NCBI GenBank assembly: GCA_028874075.1
Contig: JAPPLU010000073.1
Span: 16,973 to 80,972, forward strand
From: Chloroflexota bacterium
GTDB taxonomy: Bacteria; Chloroflexota; Dehalococcoidia; Lucifugimonadales; UBA3495
Length of the DNA stretch: 64,000 nucleotides
Reading direction: 5' to 3'
Each line of letters begins with the position of its first letter. The stretch's first letter is position 1. Below are positions 26,319 through 35,398 of this stretch, piece by piece. The position numbers and the translations under genes were made by a program. The notes beneath the pieces are model-generated. The model was not told the origin of the DNA. It ran no database searches and saw only the letters and a program-made list of their open reading frames with translations.

Positions 26319-26711
26319 CTACTTCACCTCGGCGACGGCTCCCGCCTCTTCCAGCTTGGCCTTGATGCCTTCGGCCTCGTCCTTGGCCACGGCTTCCTTG
26401 ACCCGGGCAGGGGCGGACTCTACCAGTTCCTTGGCTTCCCGCAGGCCCAGGGCGGTAACTTCGCGCACGGCCTTAATGACGTTGATCTTGTTGGGGCCAA
26501 TGTCCTGCAGGGTTACGTCGAACTCGGTCTGCTCTTCGTCAGCGGCGTTGGCCGGAGCGGCTCCGCCATCACCGGCAGCGGGGGCGGCGGCAACGGCCAT
26601 AGGCGCTGCGGCGGTAATACCGAACTCTTCCTCCAGGGCCTTAACTAGGTCGGCCAGTTCCAGTACGCTCATGCTCTTGATAGTTTCCAGCAGTTCTTCC
26701 TTAGTAGCCAT
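26319..26711 (-). CDS. rplL: 50S ribosomal protein L7/L12
   Basis: 130 aa. It has the N-terminal dimerisation helix ([23 protein letters not shown]), an Ala-rich hinge, and the C-terminal domain ([25 protein letters not shown]). Confidence 0.95.
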   Translation of the reverse strand: MATKEELLETIKSMSVLELADLVKALEEEFGITAAAPMAVAAAPAAGDGGAAPANAADEEQTEFDVTLQDIGPNKINVIKAVREVTALGLREAKELVESAPARVKEAVAKDEAEGIKAKLEEAGAVAEVK

Positions 26712-26804
26712 TTGGCCTCCTTATGTCTTGTTCCGATATTGCGATTGTTGTCGATTTCAACCGGTCAGATTGTGAACCCGGGTACGAACTCTTATGGTCC
26801 CTCG

Positions 26805-27344
26805 CTACGCCGTTTCTCCACCCTCTTCCAGTTGGTTGATGCGGGCCTGTAGCAGGCCGCCCAGGTTCTGCACCGGCCCGTTTAGCACGCCCAGCAGACG
26901 GGAGATGGGGGACTGGATCTGGCCCAGCAGGTTGGCCACCATCTGGGGCTTGGGGGGCAGGCTTGCCAGCCGGTCAACTTCGTTGCGTGGCAGAGCGGGC
27001 CCGGTTCCAAGGATTGCCCCGTGGATGGCCAGCGGCGACCTGGTCGTGCGAATGTAGTCATTGACGGCCTTGGCAGTGTCCACCGGGTCGTCGTAACCGA
27101 AGGCTATGGCCGTGGGGCCCTCGACGATTTCGCTGAAGTGGGGCACGTTGGCTTCCTGGGCCGCCAGGTTCACCAGGGTGTTCTTGACCACGATAAATTC
27201 CACCCCGGCATCGCGCATCCGGCGCCGCAAGTCGGTCATATCGTTGACGGGAATACCGGAATAGCCGGCGGTAAGGGCGATGGAACAGCTCTCCATCTTC
27301 TCCTTCAGTTCGGCCACCCGGTCTATTTTGGCCTGTGTCGGCAA
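26805..27344 (-). CDS. rplJ: 50S ribosomal protein L10
   Basis: Track ORF extends to 27419. I prefer the TTG start at 27344 because GGAGG lies 6 nt upstream, giving (M)PTQAKIDRVAELKEKMES..., a 179-aa L10 of typical length. Confidence 0.9.
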   Translation of the reverse strand: MPTQAKIDRVAELKEKMESCSIALTAGYSGIPVNDMTDLRRRMRDAGVEFIVVKNTLVNLAAQEANVPHFSEIVEGPTAIAFGYDDPVDTAKAVNDYIRTTRSPLAIHGAILGTGPALPRNEVDRLASLPPKPQMVANLLGQIQSPISRLLGVLNGPVQNLGGLLQARINQLEEGGETA

Positions 27345-27510
27345 ACGTTTACCTCCTGACAAAAAATTCCCTGCGGCTGCAGACCAGACGCAGGGAAAAT
27401 CGGCAAATAATGTCGACAAACCCGGTTAGTGCGCCTCGGCAGGCGGCCCATTAAGTCGGGCCCTTGGCTCCTTGGGGAGACCGGCGGTCTACAGCGTTAT
27501 TGGGTTGTTG
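27345..27510 (-). promoter_or_regulatory. putative L10 (rplJL) leader with a terminator-like attenuator hairpin
   Basis: On the minus strand, CCCTGCG...CGCAGGG (27369-27395) is followed by AATTTTTT (27361-27368), immediately before the rplJ RBS. A possible promoter TTGAAC-16-TATTCA lies at 27517-27544. The position and terminator-type design match known L10 leaders. Confidence 0.45.
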
Positions 27511-27597
27511 CTGTCTTGAATACTTCTACTGTTACCGTGTTCAAACCTCTAAGGTTTAGTTGACCACTGCCAGATTACCACGAACCCGCCCGAAAAA

Positions 27598-28311
27598 CTA
27601 CTCTGGCCGTAGGGCCTGCAAAGCGTTCAGGTCCAGGGGAATGCTGGGCCCCATGGACGAAGTAATGTAGGCGGAGCGCAGGAATGAACCCTTAACCGCT
27701 GCCGGGCGTGCCCGGACTATGGAGTCTGTCAATACCGCCAGGTTCTCCAGCAGCCGGTCGGTGTCGAAGCTGGCCTTGCCGAAGGCGCAGTGGATAATCG
27801 CCGTCCGGTCGGTGCGGTATTCCACCCGGCCGGCCTTGGACTCTTCAATTACCCGTCCCAGGTCCCTGGGCTGCACCATGGTCCCCGTCCTGGGGTTGGG
27901 CATCAGGCCCCGGCGACCCAGGATGCGGCCCAGCTTGCCGATCTTGGGCATAATCTCAGGGGTAGCCAGCCCCACCTCGAACTCCAGCCAGCCGCCCTCA
28001 ATCTGGGCGATCAGGTCGTCGTCGCCCACGTAGTCGGCCCCAGCCTGCCGGGCGATGTCCGCGCCCTCGCCGCTGGTGAATACCAAAACCCTTACCTGCT
28101 TGCCCAGCCCGTGGGGAAGTACCGTAACTTCCCTTACCATCTGGTCTGCATGCCGCGGGTCGGCGCTTGTGCGGACGTGGATTTCCATGGTTTCGTCAAA
28201 CTTGGTGCTGGCCAACTCTTTCATGAGTTCTATGGCTTCCCCGGGTTGATATTGCTTGTCCGGTTCCACCCGTTCGGCCACTGCCGCGTATCTTCTGCTG
28301 TGCTTGGGCAT
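27598..28311 (-). CDS. rplA: 50S ribosomal protein L1
   Basis: 237-aa ORF, order rplK-rplA-rplJ-rplL. The motifs FDETMEIHVRT...DPRHADQMVR and GKLGRILGRRGLMPNP are typical of L1. Confidence 0.95.
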   Translation of the reverse strand: MPKHSRRYAAVAERVEPDKQYQPGEAIELMKELASTKFDETMEIHVRTSADPRHADQMVREVTVLPHGLGKQVRVLVFTSGEGADIARQAGADYVGDDDLIAQIEGGWLEFEVGLATPEIMPKIGKLGRILGRRGLMPNPRTGTMVQPRDLGRVIEESKAGRVEYRTDRTAIIHCAFGKASFDTDRLLENLAVLTDSIVRARPAAVKGSFLRSAYITSSMGPSIPLDLNALQALRPE

Positions 28312-28316
28312 ATCTG

Positions 28317-28745
28317 TTAATCCCCTTCCACGCTGATGCCCATGCTGCGAGCGGTTCCTGCGATGATGGACATAGCCTGTTCTACCGAGTTGGCGTTCAG
28401 GTCCTTAAGCTTGGTTTCGGCGATTTCCCTCAAAGCCTCCTGGCTTATGGTGCCGGCCCTGCCCGAGCGGGAATCGGTGGCGCCTTTCTCCACGCCGGCC
28501 GCCCGTCGCAGCAGGTCCGAAGCCGGGGGAGTGCGGGTTACAAACGTAAAGGAGCGGTCCTCAAAGACCGTCAAATGCACGGGTACAATGGTTCCCGCCT
28601 GGGAGGAGGTCCGCTCGTTGTATTCCTTGACGAACCCCATGATGTTGACGCCGTGCTGACCCAGGGCCGGGCCCACGGGGGGAGCTGGCGTGGCCTTGCC
28701 CGCTTCCAGCTGCAACTTGATTACTGCTCTAACCTTTTTTGCCAC
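28317..28745 (-). CDS. rplK: 50S ribosomal protein L11
   Basis: 142 aa. [35 protein letters not shown] is the canonical L11 N-terminus. Confidence 0.95.
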   Translation of the reverse strand: MAKKVRAVIKLQLEAGKATPAPPVGPALGQHGVNIMGFVKEYNERTSSQAGTIVPVHLTVFEDRSFTFVTRTPPASDLLRRAAGVEKGATDSRSGRAGTISQEALREIAETKLKDLNANSVEQAMSIIAGTARSMGISVEGD

Positions 28746-28760
28746 CGGGGCCTCCTAAAT

Positions 28761-29345
28761 CTATGCGCGTTCCACTTGCAGAAAGTCCAACTCCACCGGC
28801 GTTTCCCGGCCGAAGAAGGAAACCAGCACCCGCACTTTGCCCTTGCTTTCGTCCACATCGCCCACCGCGCCCACGAAATCCACGAAAGGACCCTCGGTAA
28901 TGCGAACCGTATCGCCCGTCTGCAGGCCAATCTTGATGCGGGGCGGTCCGGACTCCGTCTGCTTGAGAATGGAATCCAGTTGGGAATCTTCCAGCGGCAC
29001 CGGCTTGGGCCGCTTGTCGTAATCGTCTTCCGTGGAAATGAAGCCCGTTACCCCGGGCGTGTTCCGGACCACGTACCAGCTTTCGTCGTCCATGTTCATC
29101 TGCACCAGGATGTAGCCGGGGAAAAGCTTGCGCTGCTCCGACTTGCGTTTCCCGTCTTTGAAGATCACCTCTTCCTCGGTGGGAACCACCACTTGGAAAA
29201 TGCGGTCCTGCATATCCAGACTCTGAATCCGCAGGTCCAGGTTCTTCTTTACCCGGTCTTCCTGGCCGGAATAGGTATGAACAATGTACCAGTGCTGGTC
29301 CAGCAACTGGTCTTCATCCGTCAGGCTTTCTCTTTCGGTGGTCAT
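28761..29345 (-). CDS. nusG: transcription termination/antitermination factor NusG
   Basis: 194 aa. It has an NGN domain (WYIVHTYSGQEDRVKKNL) and a C-terminal KOW motif (GDTVRITEGPFVDFVGAVGDVD). Confidence 0.95.
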   Translation of the reverse strand: MTTERESLTDEDQLLDQHWYIVHTYSGQEDRVKKNLDLRIQSLDMQDRIFQVVVPTEEEVIFKDGKRKSEQRKLFPGYILVQMNMDDESWYVVRNTPGVTGFISTEDDYDKRPKPVPLEDSQLDSILKQTESGPPRIKIGLQTGDTVRITEGPFVDFVGAVGDVDESKGKVRVLVSFFGRETPVELDFLQVERA

Positions 29346-29498
29346 AAGCCGTCACACTCACTTCAGGCTTGGGGCTACCGGCTGACGCCATTGACTCTAC
29401 AAGCCCGCTTGGTTGGCGGGCTTGCTCTGCAATGCTGGCAATTCTGCCGGGAGGGCGGAAAAGGGGCTTTCCTCGCTCCACCCTCCGGATTTAGAAAT

Positions 29499-29759
29499 CT
29501 AAAACAGTCGGAACACGGCAAAGATACCCCGGTTGAACAACTCGGCAAACACCCGGTCCAACCCACCCAGGAAGAAGCCCACGACCACCGCCAGGGCAAT
29601 CACAATGGCGGTCAGCCGCGCCGTCTCCTCCTTGGAGGGCCATACCGACTTCCGAAGTTCCGATATGACTTCCTGGAGAAAGAGTACCGGGCTTACCCGC
29701 CCGACACTGCGGGGCGAGATGGGCGACTGGTTCCGTTGCTGGGTTCCGACCCGCGCCAT
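29499..29759 (-). CDS. secE: preprotein translocase subunit SecE
   Basis: 86 aa. FLQEVISELRKSVWPSKEETARLTAIVIALAVVVGFFLG is the SecE core with its single TM helix. It lies between rpmG and nusG. Confidence 0.88.
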   Translation of the reverse strand: MARVGTQQRNQSPISPRSVGRVSPVLFLQEVISELRKSVWPSKEETARLTAIVIALAVVVGFFLGGLDRVFAELFNRGIFAVFRLF

Positions 29760-29765
29760 GACTGC

Positions 29766-29936
29766 CTACCGCACTTCGCGGTGAGTCTTGTGCCCCCGGC
29801 AGCGGGAGCAGTACTTGCGCAGTTCCATCCGCTGGGTATCGTTCCGGCGGTTCTTTACCGTGGCGTAGTTACGCTCACGGCATTCGCCGCACTGGAGGGT
29901 GATAACCCCGCGAATATCAGCAGACTTTCGAGCCAT
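29766..29936 (-). CDS. rpmG: 50S ribosomal protein L33
   Basis: Own translation (56 aa, too short for the ORF track): [56 protein letters not shown]. This is the zinc-ribbon form of L33, in the tuf-rpmG-secE order. Confidence 0.9.
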   Translation of the reverse strand: MARKSADIRGVITLQCGECRERNYATVKNRRNDTQRMELRKYCSRCRGHKTHREVR

Positions 29937-29983
29937 GATTCACCTTCTTCCGTTGGCCAGCCGGAGCGGGCCAAACGTCGCCT

Positions 29984-31168
29984 TTAGTCCAGCAGCCTGG
30001 TGATTACGCCGGAGCCAACGGTGCGACCACCCTCGCGAATGGCGAAGCGCTGCCGTTCTTCCAGCGCGATGGGCGTAATCAGGTTGAGGGTCATGGTGAT
30101 GTTGTCGCCGGGCATAACCATTTCCACGCCCTCGGGTAGGGTAATCTCACCGGTAATATCGCTGGTCCGGATGTAGAACTGGGGCTTGTAACCCGAGAAG
30201 AAGGGCGTATGGCGGCCACCCTCCTCGCGACTCAGCACGTACACCTCAGCCTCGGCATGGCGGTGCGGCTGCATGGATCCGGGCTTCACCACCACCTGGC
30301 CGCGCTCCACCTCGTCCCGGTCCACACCGCGCAGCAGAATGCCCACGGCGTCGCCGGCTTCGGTGGTGTCCAGCAGCTTGTGGAACATTTCCAGGCCGGT
30401 GGCCACGGTCTTCCGCACGTCGCCGGACCGGATGATTTCGATCTCCTCGCCCTGCTTCAGCATGCCGCGTTCCACCCGTCCGGTAACCACGGTGCCGCGG
30501 CCCTTGATCCCGAAAACGTCCTCGATGGGCATTAGGAAGGGGCGGTCGGTCAGGCGCTCGGGTACGGGAATGTAGTCGTCCATGGCCTTCACCAGGTCAG
30601 CCACTCCCTCCATGGCTTCCGGGTCACCTTCCATGGCGTTGAGGGCGCTGACCCGGACGATGGGCGTGTCGTCACCGGGGAAGTCGTAGGTGCTCAACAG
30701 TTCCCGGACTTCCAACTCCACCAGCTCCAGCAACTCTTCGTCATCCATCATGTCAACCTTGTTCAGGGCGACCAGGATGCGGGGCACTTCCACCTGGCGG
30801 GCCAGGAGAATGTGCTCCCGGGTCTGGGGCATGGGGCCGTCCGGAGCGCTGACCACCAGGACCGCGCCATCCATCTGGGCGGCGCCGGTGATCATGTTCT
30901 TGATGTAGTCAGCGTGGCCAGGGCAGTCCACGTGAGCATAGTGCCGGGTGTCGCTCTCGTATTCCACGTGAGCAATGGCGATTGTCACGCCGCGCTCCCG
31001 CTCTTCCGGCGCGTTGTCGATGCTGCCGAAGTCCCGGAAGTTAGCCATTCCCTTCTCCGCCATCACCCGCGTGATCGCCGCGGTAAGGGTGGTCTTCCCG
31101 TGGTCAACGTGACCGATGGTGCCCACGTTTACGTGGGGCTTGGAACGATCGAACTGCTGCTTGGCCAT
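29984..31168 (-). CDS. tuf: elongation factor Tu
   Basis: 394 aa with [18 protein letters not shown] and NKVD G-motifs. AGGAG RBS upstream. Confidence 0.97.
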   Translation of the reverse strand: MAKQQFDRSKPHVNVGTIGHVDHGKTTLTAAITRVMAEKGMANFRDFGSIDNAPEERERGVTIAIAHVEYESDTRHYAHVDCPGHADYIKNMITGAAQMDGAVLVVSAPDGPMPQTREHILLARQVEVPRILVALNKVDMMDDEELLELVELEVRELLSTYDFPGDDTPIVRVSALNAMEGDPEAMEGVADLVKAMDDYIPVPERLTDRPFLMPIEDVFGIKGRGTVVTGRVERGMLKQGEEIEIIRSGDVRKTVATGLEMFHKLLDTTEAGDAVGILLRGVDRDEVERGQVVVKPGSMQPHRHAEAEVYVLSREEGGRHTPFFSGYKPQFYIRTSDITGEITLPEGVEMVMPGDNITMTLNLITPIALEERQRFAIREGGRTVGSGVITRLLD

Positions 31169-31204
31169 TTCTTGTCCTACTCTCCTGTTTTTCCTTGGAG
31201 GTTA

Positions 31205-31279
31205 TGGAGCCCAGAGGCGGGATTGAACCGCCGACCCCGTTCTTACCAAGAACGTGCTCTACCGCTGAGCTATCTGGGC
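31205..31279 (-). tRNA. tRNA-Thr (anticodon GGU), CCA encoded
   Basis: Minus strand: GCCCAGA-TA-GCTC-AGCGGTA-GAGC-A-CGTTC-TTGGTAA-GAACG-GGGTC-GGCGG-TTCAATC-CCGCC-TCTGGGC-T-CCA. This folds as a full 75-nt cloverleaf. Confidence 0.9.
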
Positions 31280-31329
31280 TCGTTACCCCAAAATGTAAGT
31301 TAGATTTGGTTGTATTTTACCAAGTTGGG

Positions 31330-31417
31330 TGGTGGAGGGGGCAGGATTCGAACCTGCGAAGTCCTTCCGGACGCCAGATTTACAGTCTGGTGGCTTTAAC
31401 CACTCACCCACCCCTCC
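31330..31417 (-). tRNA. tRNA-Tyr (anticodon GUA), type II with a long variable arm, CCA encoded
   Basis: Minus strand: GGAGGGG...CCAGA-CTGTAAA-TCTGG-(variable arm CGTCCGGAAGGACTTC)-GCAGG-TTCGAAT-CCTGC-CCCCTCC-A-CCA. Confidence 0.88.
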
Positions 31418-31490
31418 CTGCCGGCGGCCGACCCCACTGGGGAGGTGGGCCTGCGCATAGCCGGTGCAACTGGGTAGGGATATTATTCCA

Positions 31491-31566
31491 TGGAGCCCCA
31501 GAGGGGACTCGAACCCCTAACCTGCCGATTACAAGTCGGCTGCGCTTCCAATTGCGCCACAGGGGC
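31491..31566 (-). tRNA. tRNA-Thr (anticodon UGU), CCA encoded
   Basis: Minus strand: GCCCCTG-TG-GCGC-AATTGGAA-GCGC-A-GCCGA-CTTGTAA-TCGGC-AGGTT-AGGGG-TTCGAGT-CCCCT-CTGGGGC-T-CCA. There is one U-U mismatch in the acceptor stem. Confidence 0.85.
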
Positions 31567-31640
31567 ACAAGCGTTCATTCAGACCAGAAAAAGGCCCCGT
31601 ACGTCGGGGCCATTCAACCAGCCTGCTTGATACTGAACAG

Positions 31641-31670
31641 ATTATATAGATGGGCGGGGTAAGTTGTCAA
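31641..31670 (-). promoter_or_regulatory. consensus sigma70 promoter of the tRNA-tuf transcription unit
   Basis: Minus strand reads TTGACA (31665-31670), an 18-nt spacer, then TATAAT (31641-31646). This is about 75 nt upstream of tRNA-Thr(UGU). Confidence 0.6.
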
Positions 31671-31890
31671 TCAAATTCTAGCCCTGACCAGCGCAAAGGA
31701 ATGTCAGATTTGGAACCCTCGGACTGGAACGCTATTGTATCTTCAGGGCTGTCCCTCCGGTGGGTCTGGGAATAACCAAAGTTCCTACCCTGGCGGGAAC
31801 TTTCAACCCATGCCAAGTGCGTGTCGCCATCGGATGAATGAGGGGTTGCGCCAACCAATCCAAATACGATCGGCCTGTCCCTTCCAAACC

Positions 31891-31919
31891 TTGACGCTTG
31901 CCACTGGTTATTCTACACT
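31891..31919 (+). promoter_or_regulatory. sigma70-type promoter upstream of apt
   Basis: TTGACG (31891-31896), a 17-nt spacer, then TACACT (31914-31919). This is about 85 nt upstream of the apt ATG. Confidence 0.45.
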
Positions 31920-32004
31920 GCACTCGGCCCTCTGCAACCGCTTCCCGAACCTGGTCTGCAAGGGGAAAGGCCCTGTTCATTTCATCCGCTGAGTCACCAT
32001 TTTT

Positions 32005-32517
32005 ATGAATCTGAAGGACTACATCCGCGATATTCCTGACTTCCCCCAGCCAGGGATTCTGTTCCGCGACATTACCCCATTGCTCCGCGACTCCGATGCC
32101 TTTAATCACACGGTAGACCTCTTGGCCGAACACTACCGGGAATACGACATCGACGTCATAGTCGCCATCGAGTCCCGAGGCTTCATCTTCGGCGCTCCCC
32201 TGGCCTACCGCTTGGGCAAACCCCTGGTACCGGTCAGGAAGGAAGGCAAGCTGCCCGGCGACACAGTATCCGCCGAATACTTCCTGGAATACGGCTCCAG
32301 CCGCGTGGAAATGCACCTTGGCGACGTGGGGCGCGGGGACCAGGTCCTGATCATCGACGACCTCCTTGCCACCGGCGGCACTCTCGCCGCCACGGCCCAG
32401 TTGGTCGAAACCTGTGAGGCCGAGGTGGCCGCCATGGGGCTGGTCATCGAACTGGAAGACCTGGGCGGACGCAACACCTTGGGGGCCTACGAAATATTTT
32501 CCCTTATCCAATACTAG
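32005..32517 (+). CDS. apt: adenine phosphoribosyltransferase
   Basis: 170 aa. The N-terminal IRDIPDFPQPGILFRDITPLL and the PRPP motif VLIIDDLLATGGT are typical. Confidence 0.93.
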   Translation: MNLKDYIRDIPDFPQPGILFRDITPLLRDSDAFNHTVDLLAEHYREYDIDVIVAIESRGFIFGAPLAYRLGKPLVPVRKEGKLPGDTVSAEYFLEYGSSRVEMHLGDVGRGDQVLIIDDLLATGGTLAATAQLVETCEAEVAAMGLVIELEDLGGRNTLGAYEIFSLIQY

Positions 32518-32525
32518 GCAAAAGG

Positions 32526-32560
32526 GGAAGCCCCGGCGAAATGGGTCGGGGCTTCCTTGC
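32526..32560 (+). terminator. putative terminator hairpin after apt
   Basis: 10-bp stem GGAAGCCCCG (32526-32535) / CGGGGCTTCC (32547-32556). The U-tail is weak (TTGCC). Confidence 0.4.
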
Positions 32561-32623
32561 CGGTAGGGCGATACCTGCCCCGGCATTTGAAGAAAGAAGA
32601 ACCTTTGCAGGAGGAAAAGTAAT

Positions 32624-33496
32624 ATGGCAGAAAAAACTACTGTCGGTAGTTACGAAATCACCGCCGTTATAGACATGGTCCCGCCGCCGCGGCCTACTTC
32701 CGCCATGTTCCCCGACGTGCCCGACAGCGCCTGGGGCGATTACCAGGATGTGCTGGAAGACGGTCAGCTTCAGCTCTACTACGGCGTCTTCGTGGTGCGC
32801 TCCGAAAACCATACCGTGCTGGTGGACACGGGCATGGGGCCCGGGCCCCATCCCACCCGCGGCAACGTGGTGGGCAACCTGTACGAGGAACTCCGCCCCG
32901 TGATGTTGCCTCCCAACGTGGACATTCACAACACTAACGTCTCCCCGTCCGACCAGGTCAACTTTGTCATCCATACCCACCTCCACCCCGACCACGTGGG
33001 CTGGAACCTGCGCTACTCCGGTGGAATGCCGGCGCCCAATTTCCGGCGCGCCCGCTACATCATACCCAAGGACGATTACGACTACTTCACCCAGCCGGAA
33101 ATCCTTGAGCAGAACCCCCACGTCCAGCAGCAGATCATGCCCCTGCGCCGCCTGCGCCTGCAACAGATTGTTGAGGGCGAGTACGAGGTGACCGACGGCA
33201 TCAGCACCATGCCGGCCGTCGGCCATACCCCCGGCCACCAGATTGTCCTGGTCAACTCCGGCGGCGAGAAGGCCATGCTGGTGGGCGACCTGCTCCATTG
33301 CATCGCCCAGGTCTCCGAGCCCAGTTGGTGCGCCTCTGTGGACTACGACAAGGCCGCCAGCCACGCCAACCGGGCGGCGCTGCTCGACAAGGCCGAGAGC
33401 GAAGGCTGGATTGTCTGTGCCGGCCACTTCCCACCGGGCCGGCAGATAGGTCGCGTGGTAACCGAGGGCGGCAAGCGCGTCTGGCAGTCACTGTAA
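32624..33496 (+). CDS. MBL-fold metallo-hydrolase
   Basis: 290 aa with HTHLHPDHVGW (HxHxDH) and a downstream GHTPGH motif. Confidence 0.8.
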   Translation: MAEKTTVGSYEITAVIDMVPPPRPTSAMFPDVPDSAWGDYQDVLEDGQLQLYYGVFVVRSENHTVLVDTGMGPGPHPTRGNVVGNLYEELRPVMLPPNVDIHNTNVSPSDQVNFVIHTHLHPDHVGWNLRYSGGMPAPNFRRARYIIPKDDYDYFTQPEILEQNPHVQQQIMPLRRLRLQQIVEGEYEVTDGISTMPAVGHTPGHQIVLVNSGGEKAMLVGDLLHCIAQVSEPSWCASVDYDKAASHANRAALLDKAESEGWIVCAGHFPPGRQIGRVVTEGGKRVWQSL

Positions 33497-33528
33497 GCGC
33501 GGCCCACTCTGGACTGCATTTGAACGGG

Positions 33529-33565
33529 GGCGCACGGAAAAGCCGTGCGCCTTTGCTCTTGTTTC
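33529..33565 (+). terminator. rho-independent terminator after the MBL hydrolase gene
   Basis: Stem GGCGCACGG (33529-33537) / CCGTGCGCC (33543-33551), followed by TTTGCTCTTGTTTC. Confidence 0.65.
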
Positions 33566-33669
33566 TCGGGGAAGCGACGCCGTACGTGCTTATTCTCGTT
33601 AGTCCGTAGACAGATAGCTTGGTGTCCGTTCGCGGTGCCTCCCTGAAAATTTCCATAAAGTATCACCGC

Positions 33670-33698
33670 TTGTCTAACCCCCGTTCCTTTGCTACAAT
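33670..33698 (+). promoter_or_regulatory. sigma70-type promoter upstream of the dienelactone hydrolase gene
   Basis: TTGTCT (33670-33675), a 17-nt spacer, then TACAAT (33693-33698). This leaves a leader of about 135 nt. Confidence 0.4.
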
Positions 33699-33837
33699 CG
33701 CCGCGTTAAGCCCGACGCAATCAGATAGGCAGGTTGTAGCTGATACGGCGGCTGACCCCCACGGCAGGCGCCGGTTTCCGGCATACCGCCAGGGCAATCC
33801 GAGAATGGCTAAAAATGTGACAGGAGGAGGAAGCATT

Positions 33838-34632
33838 ATGCCATCGTTTTGGGAGAATCTAAGGTTCGGTGGTGACCGCGGATTTGACGACATGCACGGC
33901 TACCAGGGTCTGGATATGGTTGCCTATGTCAGCCATCCCCCCCCCAGCGAGGGCACTAGCTGGCCCGCCGTCATCGTTATCCAGGAGATTTTTGGCGTCA
34001 ACGAGCATATCCAGAAAGTGTGCGACCGGTTCGCCGCCAACGGCTATGTCGCCGTAGCCCCGGCCCTGTTCCACCGCGAGCATCCCAATCCCAAGCTGGG
34101 CTACAGTCCCGAGGATATGCAGGCCGGCATCAACTATATGTCCGTCATGAACGACGAGGAAATCGTAACCGACATCAACGAGACGGTGAACTACATCTTG
34201 GGCGGCGACAATCGCACCCCCTACAACCGCACCGCCGGCCAGAAGGTGGGCATCGTCGGCTACTGTGTCGGCGGCCGCATCACCTACCTCGCGGCCACCA
34301 GTTGCTCCCGCCTGGATGCCGCCGTGGCTTACTACCCCGGCCGGGTCCTGGTTCCCTTCGGGGACGACAACCCCGCCCCTATAGACCTGACCGGCAACAT
34401 CAAGATTCCCTTAATGGGCCAGTTCGGCGACCAGGACGGCAACCCGTCGCCGGCTGACGTCGAGACGATTGAGGCAAGGCTTGATGCCGCCGGCGTCAGC
34501 TACGACTTCAAGATGTACGCAGGCGCCGGCCACGGCTTCAACTGTGACGAACGCGACAGCTATCACGCCGCGTCCGCCGAAGACGCCTGGGCCCGCACCC
34601 TGGCCTTCTTCGGGCAACATCTGAAGAGCTAG
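33838..34632 (+). CDS. dienelactone hydrolase family protein
   Basis: Track ORF is 33619..34632. I moved the start to ATG 33838, which is preceded by an AGGAGGAGG RBS. GIVGYCVGGRITY (G-x-C-x-G nucleophile elbow) and the C-terminal YAGAGHGF are typical of the family. Confidence 0.8.
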   Translation: MPSFWENLRFGGDRGFDDMHGYQGLDMVAYVSHPPPSEGTSWPAVIVIQEIFGVNEHIQKVCDRFAANGYVAVAPALFHREHPNPKLGYSPEDMQAGINYMSVMNDEEIVTDINETVNYILGGDNRTPYNRTAGQKVGIVGYCVGGRITYLAATSCSRLDAAVAYYPGRVLVPFGDDNPAPIDLTGNIKIPLMGQFGDQDGNPSPADVETIEARLDAAGVSYDFKMYAGAGHGFNCDERDSYHAASAEDAWARTLAFFGQHLKS

Positions 34633-34685
34633 AGGTACACTATCCCCGAGTGGACACAAATGTCCTCTAATGGGTGAACAGGAAA

Positions 34686-34718
34686 GGCCCGGCTGCCAAC
34701 CAGCCGGGCCTCATCTTT
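34686..34718. terminator. bidirectional terminator hairpin between convergent genes
   Basis: 10-bp stem GGCCCGGCTG (34686-34695) / CAGCCGGGCC (34701-34710), followed by TCATCTTT. Confidence 0.55.
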
Positions 34719-34750
34719 GGATCTAGTTAAGTGGCTTCAGTTGCCCCACC

Positions 34751-35062
34751 CTACCGCCAGGCCAACTCCACCTCGGCGATAATGCCATACTTGTCGTACA
34801 GCCGCTCCGCAATGTTAATGCGAAAGCCATCGTCCTCGGGGAAGGCGTTGCGGATGTGCACCCGCCAGACATCCTGGTCCATATCGTTAACGTCCGGTAC
34901 CGCATCATCGCACCGCACCCCGGGGTCGTACTCGTAGATCAACTCCTCCGGTGGCCGCTCCAGGTACTCGGCAATAAAAATCTGAACCGTGTCAATTATC
35001 TCAACGGGAGTAGGCTGGGGCACTGGAAAACTCCTTGGTGCCGTTAATGGTTGGAGAGCCAC
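34751..35062 (-). CDS. hypothetical small acidic protein
   Basis: Track ORF of 103 aa. A more likely start is GTG 35023, which has AAGGAG 7-8 nt upstream. No recognisable motif. Confidence 0.45.
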   Translation of the reverse strand: MALQPLTAPRSFPVPQPTPVEIIDTVQIFIAEYLERPPEELIYEYDPGVRCDDAVPDVNDMDQDVWRVHIRNAFPEDDGFRINIAERLYDKYGIIAEVELAWR

Positions 35063-35113
35063 ACCTTCGTCGTAACTGTTATCCTAAAAACGGTGGCAAC
35101 GGTTCCGCCGGAA

Positions 35114-35398
35114 TTACTCCGGCCTGCTCTCCCCGGTTCTTAGCAAAGTTTCCTGGTAGTCCGCTTCCAAGCCCAGCCAGATGTAAGCGCCAATACCTAG
35201 GACTTTCTCCAGTTTTTCGGCCAGGTCCGGGGCAATTTCTAGGGCGCCGCGGTAAACGGCTTCAATGTTCTCCACCGATTCGCCACAAAGGGTTGCCATC
35301 TCCTGCGGTGAAATTCCCCGAAATTCGGCCTCTTCTTGCAACCCTTCACCAGGGGGAATAGGCCAGTCGGAGTAGACTCTTTTTCCTTTAGTCGTCAT
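35114..35398 (-). CDS. higA: HigA-family antitoxin (XRE-type HTH)
   Basis: 94 aa. PGEGLQEEAEFRGISPQEMATLCGESVENIEAVYRG...LAEKLEKVLG fits the HigA/VapI antidote pattern. It overlaps the upstream toxin gene by 11 nt. Confidence 0.75.
   Translation of the reverse strand: MTTKGKRVYSDWPIPPGEGLQEEAEFRGISPQEMATLCGESVENIEAVYRGALEIAPDLAEKLEKVLGIGAYIWLGLEADYQETLLRTGESRPE

Noticed and set aside
28575-29987. A 470-aa plus-strand ORF spans rplK, nusG, secE and rpmG.
   Set aside because: It lies antisense to four universally conserved genes, runs across their intergenic gaps, and has no motifs. It is a high-GC open-frame artefact.
31418-31490. A fourth tRNA (for example Gly) between tRNA-Tyr and tRNA-Thr(UGU), as in the E. 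coli thrU-tyrU-glyT-thrT-tufB cluster.
   Set aside because: The 73-nt spacer has no acceptor/T-arm pairing and no GTTCRANYC box, so no cloverleaf can be drawn.
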